A stretch of DNA of 64,000 nucleotides, taken from contig JAURAC010000007.1 of assembly GCA_030586555.1 (NCBI GenBank), forward strand, positions 1 through 64,000, written 5' to 3'. Position numbers and translations under genes: made by a program. The stretch is from Candidatus Subterrananammoxibius californiae (GTDB lineage Bacteria; Planctomycetota; Brocadiia; Brocadiales; Subterrananammoxibiaceae). The notes below the pieces were generated by a model. It was not told the DNA's origin. It worked only from the letters and a program-made list of their open reading frames with translations, and ran no database searches. Positions 59,514-64,000 of the stretch are shown here, piece by piece. Position 1 is the first letter of the stretch. Each line of letters starts with the position of its first letter.

Positions 59514-60803
59514 ATGATAAGTCTTATTTCCAAAGAACCATCCGTATCCCTTTGCATGATTGTAAGAAACGAGGAGAAAACGCTTTCGAGGTGTCTTGAA
59601 AGTGCTAAATCTCTCGTTAACGAGATAGTAATTGTTGATACAGGTTCTACTGATAAAACGATTGAGGTCGCTGAAGGCTACGGCGCCAAGATAATGCATA
59701 AGGTATGGACTGGTAGTTTTGCCGAGGCAAGAAACTATTGCCTTAAACATGCGACGGGCGATTGGATACTCCAATTGGATGCCGATGAAGAGCTGGAGAG
59801 CGCAAGCACATCGGAGTTAATCGAAATCGTCATGAATAAAGATATAGACGGCATATACTGCATTATTCAAAGTATAGAAAGCAACGCCTCGTACTCATCA
59901 CAATTTTATAATTTAAGGCTCTTCAGAAATAAGCCTGGAATCTACTACGAAGGAACGGTTCACGAAACACCTGTTATCCGTGGAAAAACAGTGTTCTCAA
60001 GGATTCGTATCACTCACCATACCTACGCAACGAACACTTACGCAACGGCGGAAAAATTAGAAAGGTATAAAACTTCTCTTGTGAAGCAACTTAAAAATAA
60101 CCCTGATGACCTCCGAACCCATTACTACTTAGCAAAGACCTATTACGACCAGCATCTTTACGACTCGACCATAACGGAAGGAAAAGAGGTACTGAGGCTT
60201 ATATCCAACGGCGCACCTCTAACAGAGGCAGGAATAAAAACATTTACCTTATTGGCGTGTGCTTTGTGGCAGAAGGGAGATTTTCTCGAAGCAGAAAAGA
60301 TTTGCCTCAAGGCATTAATGATAAAACCCGATTACACCGACATCCCCTTTCTGCTCGGTGCATTATATTTTGCACAGGGGAGATACGATGACGCCATTCC
60401 GAACATCAGGAGATTTTTTCAAATAAAAGACCAACTAAAAATGAACTCCGATTCTCATTATCTAAGCATACATTCCATGACAAGTGCACACCAGGCACAC
60501 TTCATGCTTGGCACTATATATGAGAAACAAGGAAAATATACAGAGGCAATTGCGGAATTAAGAAAAGCGATAAAACTCGAACCTCAATACGTTGAAGCCT
60601 ACTATAACCTCGCAGTTGTCTATGAAAAGGTGGGGAAACCCCAGGATGCAATAGGCCTTTATAGAAAAACTACAGAGTTAAATCGCTCTTTCATTCCGGG
60701 ACTAAAGCGTCTTGGCATACTGCTAATGGATAACAAGCACACTGAAGAAGGAAGTATCTTTCTAAAAAGGGCGCTGAAGTTAGAATCTGCCTCATGCGGA
60801 TAA
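59514..60803 (+). CDS. GT2-TPR glycosyltransferase
   Basis: VSLCMIVRNE, DTGSTD, LDADE, VHE; start set at the in-frame ATG just after the upstream stop. Confidence 0.92.
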   Translation: MISLISKEPSVSLCMIVRNEEKTLSRCLESAKSLVNEIVIVDTGSTDKTIEVAEGYGAKIMHKVWTGSFAEARNYCLKHATGDWILQLDADEELESASTSELIEIVMNKDIDGIYCIIQSIESNASYSSQFYNLRLFRNKPGIYYEGTVHETPVIRGKTVFSRIRITHHTYATNTYATAEKLERYKTSLVKQLKNNPDDLRTHYYLAKTYYDQHLYDSTITEGKEVLRLISNGAPLTEAGIKTFTLLACALWQKGDFLEAEKICLKALMIKPDYTDIPFLLGALYFAQGRYDDAIPNIRRFFQIKDQLKMNSDSHYLSIHSMTSAHQAHFMLGTIYEKQGKYTEAIAELRKAIKLEPQYVEAYYNLAVVYEKVGKPQDAIGLYRKTTELNRSFIPGLKRLGILLMDNKHTEEGSIFLKRALKLESASCG

Positions 60804-62317
60804 GTAGAACAATGACCGCCAAAAAGAAGAACAATCTCAACAACAATCATCTCCAGGAACAGCCAAAAATCTCTCTCTGCATGATTGTAAAAAACGAGGC
60901 TCGATGGCTTTCAAGATGTCTTAATAGTGTAAAGGGTCTCGTGAATGAAATGATAATTGTTGATACAGGTTCAACTGATGAGACTGTTAAGATTGCCAAG
61001 GGTTATGGAGCAAATGTATTTCATCATCCATGGAATGATAACTTTAGCGAATCAAGAAACTATGCCCTTAAACATGCCGCAGGAGACTGGATACTTCACC
61101 TTGACGCAGATGAGGAACTCGTACAGGAAGATATTCCACTGGTCAAGGGAATAATTAAAAAAAAAGAACTAAATGGTGTTTACTGTTTATTTTATAGTAC
61201 ACAAAATGCTTCTTCAGGTCATTCAAAATTCTTCCTGCCAAGATTGTTCCGAAACAATATTGGAATCTGTTACAGAGGCAGGATTCACGAAACACCTGTC
61301 ATACCAGGTAATACCTCATTTTCTAACATACGCATTATCCATTACGGCTACTCACTGGACGAAGTTACAATGGCGACAAAAAGAAAGAGGAATGCATCAA
61401 TATTATTGGAGGAAGTAAGAAAAAATCCGAAGGATGTAGCGCTACATTTTTACCTTGCTAAAAATTATTATGAACAGGAATTATATGACCTATCATTAAA
61501 AGAAGGGGAAGCAGTCTTAACGATTTTTTCAAACGATAACATTGCTAAAAAGCCAGAACTTGAGATATTCCTTATTATGGCTTACTCACATTATAATAAA
61601 GGAAACTATCAAGAAGCTGAGAGACTGTGCACACAAGCTATAGAAAGAAAACCTAACTACATTGACCCCTACTTCTTCCTTGGACACCTTTATTTAATGC
61701 AGGATAAATACGCATCCTCAATTGCAAGCTTCCAAAGGTATTTTCAGATAAAGGATACTCTTAAGAAAAACCCGGAGTTTAACCACCTTGTCATTTATTC
61801 TTTTACAAAAAGCCACGAAGCCCATGCAGGGCTTGGAACTGCCTTTGGAAAACTTGGAAATTATGCAGCATCAATTAATCAGTTCAAAAAGGCAATAAGT
61901 ATTTGCCCTCAATTTGCAGAGGCTTATAATGGTCTGGGTGTTATACATGGATACCAGGGCAGACTCGACAATGCAGTTACCTATCTGAAAACCGCATTGC
62001 AAATTAAACCAGTATACAGTGAAGCATACAAGAACCTCGGCATTGTTTACGCCATGCAAGAAAAAAGTTCCTTAGCTATTGAGGCATTTAAAAAGGTAAT
62101 CCAGATTAATCCAGATATTGCAGAGATACACAATGACCTCGGAGTAGTCCTCGCAAAAGAAGGAAGATTTGAACATGCAATTCAATCATTCAAGAGAGCA
62201 ATAGAAATTAATCCTAACTATTCACGAGCCAGCAACAACCTGATGCTTACTTATAAGAAATTACATGAAAACTCTTTAGCAACCCCCATTACTGAACAAT
62301 CCTGCTTACTTTATTGA
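60794..62317 (+). CDS. GT2-TPR glycosyltransferase
   Basis: ISLCMIVKNE, DTGSTD, LDADE, IHE; long TPR tail. Confidence 0.93.
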   Translation: MRISRTMTAKKKNNLNNNHLQEQPKISLCMIVKNEARWLSRCLNSVKGLVNEMIIVDTGSTDETVKIAKGYGANVFHHPWNDNFSESRNYALKHAAGDWILHLDADEELVQEDIPLVKGIIKKKELNGVYCLFYSTQNASSGHSKFFLPRLFRNNIGICYRGRIHETPVIPGNTSFSNIRIIHYGYSLDEVTMATKRKRNASILLEEVRKNPKDVALHFYLAKNYYEQELYDLSLKEGEAVLTIFSNDNIAKKPELEIFLIMAYSHYNKGNYQEAERLCTQAIERKPNYIDPYFFLGHLYLMQDKYASSIASFQRYFQIKDTLKKNPEFNHLVIYSFTKSHEAHAGLGTAFGKLGNYAASINQFKKAISICPQFAEAYNGLGVIHGYQGRLDNAVTYLKTALQIKPVYSEAYKNLGIVYAMQEKSSLAIEAFKKVIQINPDIAEIHNDLGVVLAKEGRFEHAIQSFKRAIEINPNYSRASNNLMLTYKKLHENSLATPITEQSCLLY

Positions 62318-62374
62318 AAAAAGTAAGCCACTTTAGCAGCAAAATTACACGTCACAAAATTTATTAAAAAGCCC

Positions 62375-62401
62375 TTTATTTTTTTCACTACCTGCCGATA
62401 A
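62375..62401 (+). promoter_or_regulatory. Candidate sigma28 promoter for flagellin
   Basis: Perfect -10 GCCGATAA (62394-62401); weak -35 (TTTA at N15). Confidence 0.55.
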
Positions 62402-62604
62402 TCCTCATAACGGTAATAAAATTACTCCAAAAGCCATTAGTACCGAAATCAAAAACTCGTCTGTAAGGAACGGAAAGGAGGTTTTACTATGATATGAAAA
62501 AAGGCTGTCACAATAAACATCCCCCATTTTAAAATTGTGAGGGGAAGAAAAATCTTTTGTATCAGTTTTTTAACTTAAATCGTAAGTAACACCTTTTTAA
62601 GAAC

Positions 62605-62640
62605 ACCTTCACAAGGATTGAAGGTAAAATTCAAGGAGGA
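62605..62640 (+). promoter_or_regulatory. CsrA-binding sites in the flagellin leader
   Basis: Hairpin accttca-CAAGGAT-tgaaggt with GGA in the loop, then CAAGGAGGA overlapping the SD. Confidence 0.75.
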
Positions 62641-62648
62641 AACATAGC

Positions 62649-63524
62649 ATGTCTTTAGGAAGAATAAACACAAACATTGCCGCATTAAGGGCATATTTTA
62701 ACTTAACAAACACGACCGATGTATTAGCCAATCACCAGCAGAGAATCACTACGGGCGCTCGAATATCATCTGCTGCAGATGACCCGGCAGGGTTTGTAAT
62801 GTCTAAAACAATGAGTACCCGTACAGAAAATCTGGGTACCGTTCAAAAGAGCATAGGCCAGGCAAGGGATATGCTTGCTGTAGTCGAAGGCGGTCTAAAC
62901 TCCATAGTAGATTTGCTCAGGGAGATGAAGGATAAAGCCCTTGAAGCTGCGGATGGTAGCGTAGGTACGACTGAAAGGGTAAGTCTTGGCAATGCTATCA
63001 AAGCCCTTGGCGACAGTATTAGTGATATTGCCACCAATACAGAATTCAACAACGTTAGCTTGCTTGACGGTACATATTCCACTACAGGAACAGGTCTCTT
63101 GACATTCAGGACTGGCGTAGGCGTTAACGACATTACAACCGTTGGATTCTCCACCTTTGGCGGCTTAACGGCAGAAGGTAATTTCACGCTCTCGTCTCTT
63201 GGACTATCCAGCCTCGTTAGCACTGGAATATCTACTATAAGTGAGGCGTCAAGTATAGTCTCCGCAGTAAACAACGCTATTACTTACGTCAACAATGCTA
63301 TCACTGAAATAGGAGCCAAGAACAAGGGTTTGAAGGCAAGGAGCGATGCAATTTCAATCGAGCGGACGAACACAGAATCAGCTCTAAGCAGGATAAAGGA
63401 TGCTGATACACTGTTCGAGGCGATGGAGACCAATAAGCTGCAAATCAGGTCACAGGCAACCGTAGCTATGTTAGCGCAGGCTAACGTAATGCCTCAAATG
63501 GTGCTTTCACTTCTTGGTAGATAG
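62649..63524 (+). CDS. fliC: Flagellin
   Basis: RINTNIAAL, TG.RISSAADDPAG, TEFNN.SLLDG, SRIKDAD, MLAQAN.MPQ.VLSLL. Confidence 0.97.
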   Translation: MSLGRINTNIAALRAYFNLTNTTDVLANHQQRITTGARISSAADDPAGFVMSKTMSTRTENLGTVQKSIGQARDMLAVVEGGLNSIVDLLREMKDKALEAADGSVGTTERVSLGNAIKALGDSISDIATNTEFNNVSLLDGTYSTTGTGLLTFRTGVGVNDITTVGFSTFGGLTAEGNFTLSSLGLSSLVSTGISTISEASSIVSAVNNAITYVNNAITEIGAKNKGLKARSDAISIERTNTESALSRIKDADTLFEAMETNKLQIRSQATVAMLAQANVMPQMVLSLLGR

Positions 63525-63549
63525 TCCGTCTGAGGTAGATGAATTGTTT

Positions 63550-63584
63550 GGTTGGGGGCCCGAAAGGTCCCCCAACCTTTCTTT
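63550..63584 (+). terminator. Intrinsic terminator after fliC
   Basis: ggttggggg(cc cgaaa ggt)cccccaacc followed by tttcttt. Confidence 0.85.
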
Positions 63585-63622
63585 AAATTGAACAAAAAGG
63601 TGACTAAGGGAGATGAAGTAAA

Positions 63623-64000
63623 ATGGTTCAAAAACGTGTGTCAGATAAATATCTTCGTTCACAGGTAGAATCGGCTACGCCGGGCATGTTAGTTGTGATG
63701 CTGTATGATGGCGCTATCAAGTTTCTTAACACTTACAAGCGTAAGGTGGAATCAAATGCATTCGCTGACGCATTTAACCTCAAGATGAAGGCTCAAAACA
63801 TCATTTACGAACTATCTGCGTCCTTGGACATGGAGGCAGGAGATGTAGCACACAACCTTTACAGGGTGTATGACTACATGATGGATAAATTAATAAGCGT
63901 TGATGTGCTTGCTAAAGAAGTTGCTACCGTAGATGAAGTCATAGGCTTGTTGACAGAATTGAGAGACGCATGGAAAGATATTGTTGAAAAGCCTGTTGCT
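63623..64000 (+). CDS. fliS: Flagellin chaperone FliS (3' partial, not in ORF track)
   Basis: Y...QVESATPGMLVVMLYDGAIKFL, KAQNII.EL..SLDMEAG, NL..VYDYM, ELRDAW; frame open to the window end. Confidence 0.95.
   Translation, partial: MVQKRVSDKYLRSQVESATPGMLVVMLYDGAIKFLNTYKRKVESNAFADAFNLKMKAQNIIYELSASLDMEAGDVAHNLYRVYDYMMDKLISVDVLAKEVATVDEVIGLLTELRDAWKDIVEKPVA

Noticed and set aside
25..63274. Many short antisense or alternate-frame ORFs in the track
   Set aside because: They are shadows of well-supported genes and show no family motifs
1..64000. CRISPR array, rRNA or tRNA genes
   Set aside because: No regularly spaced repeat-spacer run and no recognisable tRNA or rRNA sequence seen by eye; a covariance-model scan would be needed to exclude them fully

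Overview
A 64 kb bacterial chromosome segment, most likely from a member of the anammox lineage (Planctomycetota, Brocadiia). This assignment is an inference, mainly from an octaheme protein closely resembling anammox hydroxylamine oxidase. About 1-34.5 kb is mostly housekeeping: pheT, hao/hox, yebC, hisG, nusA-infB-rbfA, ftsH, rnc, pheA-tpiA-secG-yicC-gmk-coaC-dut-ftsK-rimO-pgsA, a DUF72-Clp1-NTPase operon, a membrane-fused spermidine synthase, a class II cytochrome c and a ROK kinase. This part is densely peppered with REP-like palindromes and degenerate 7/8-mer arrays, many in-frame inside core genes or forming their C-termini, and it carries decayed remnants (YgiT-type zinc finger, MoxR 5' stub). 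About 34.5-41.3 kb holds a frameshifted PIN toxin-antitoxin cassette flanked by a duplicated gene end, a type I R-M system, a candidate chromosomal dif site, a cluster of palindromes and an HTH/coiled-coil/TM gene. About 42-64 kb is a flagellin locus: fliW-csrA, a roughly 20 kb glycosylation island with about 13 glycosyltransferase domains, then fliC and partial fliS. The island includes a 2052-aa radical-SAM/GT/methyltransferase megaenzyme whose last GT4 domain appears split across two genes. No rRNA, tRNA or CRISPR array was seen. All calls come from reading the sequence by eye; no searches were run.
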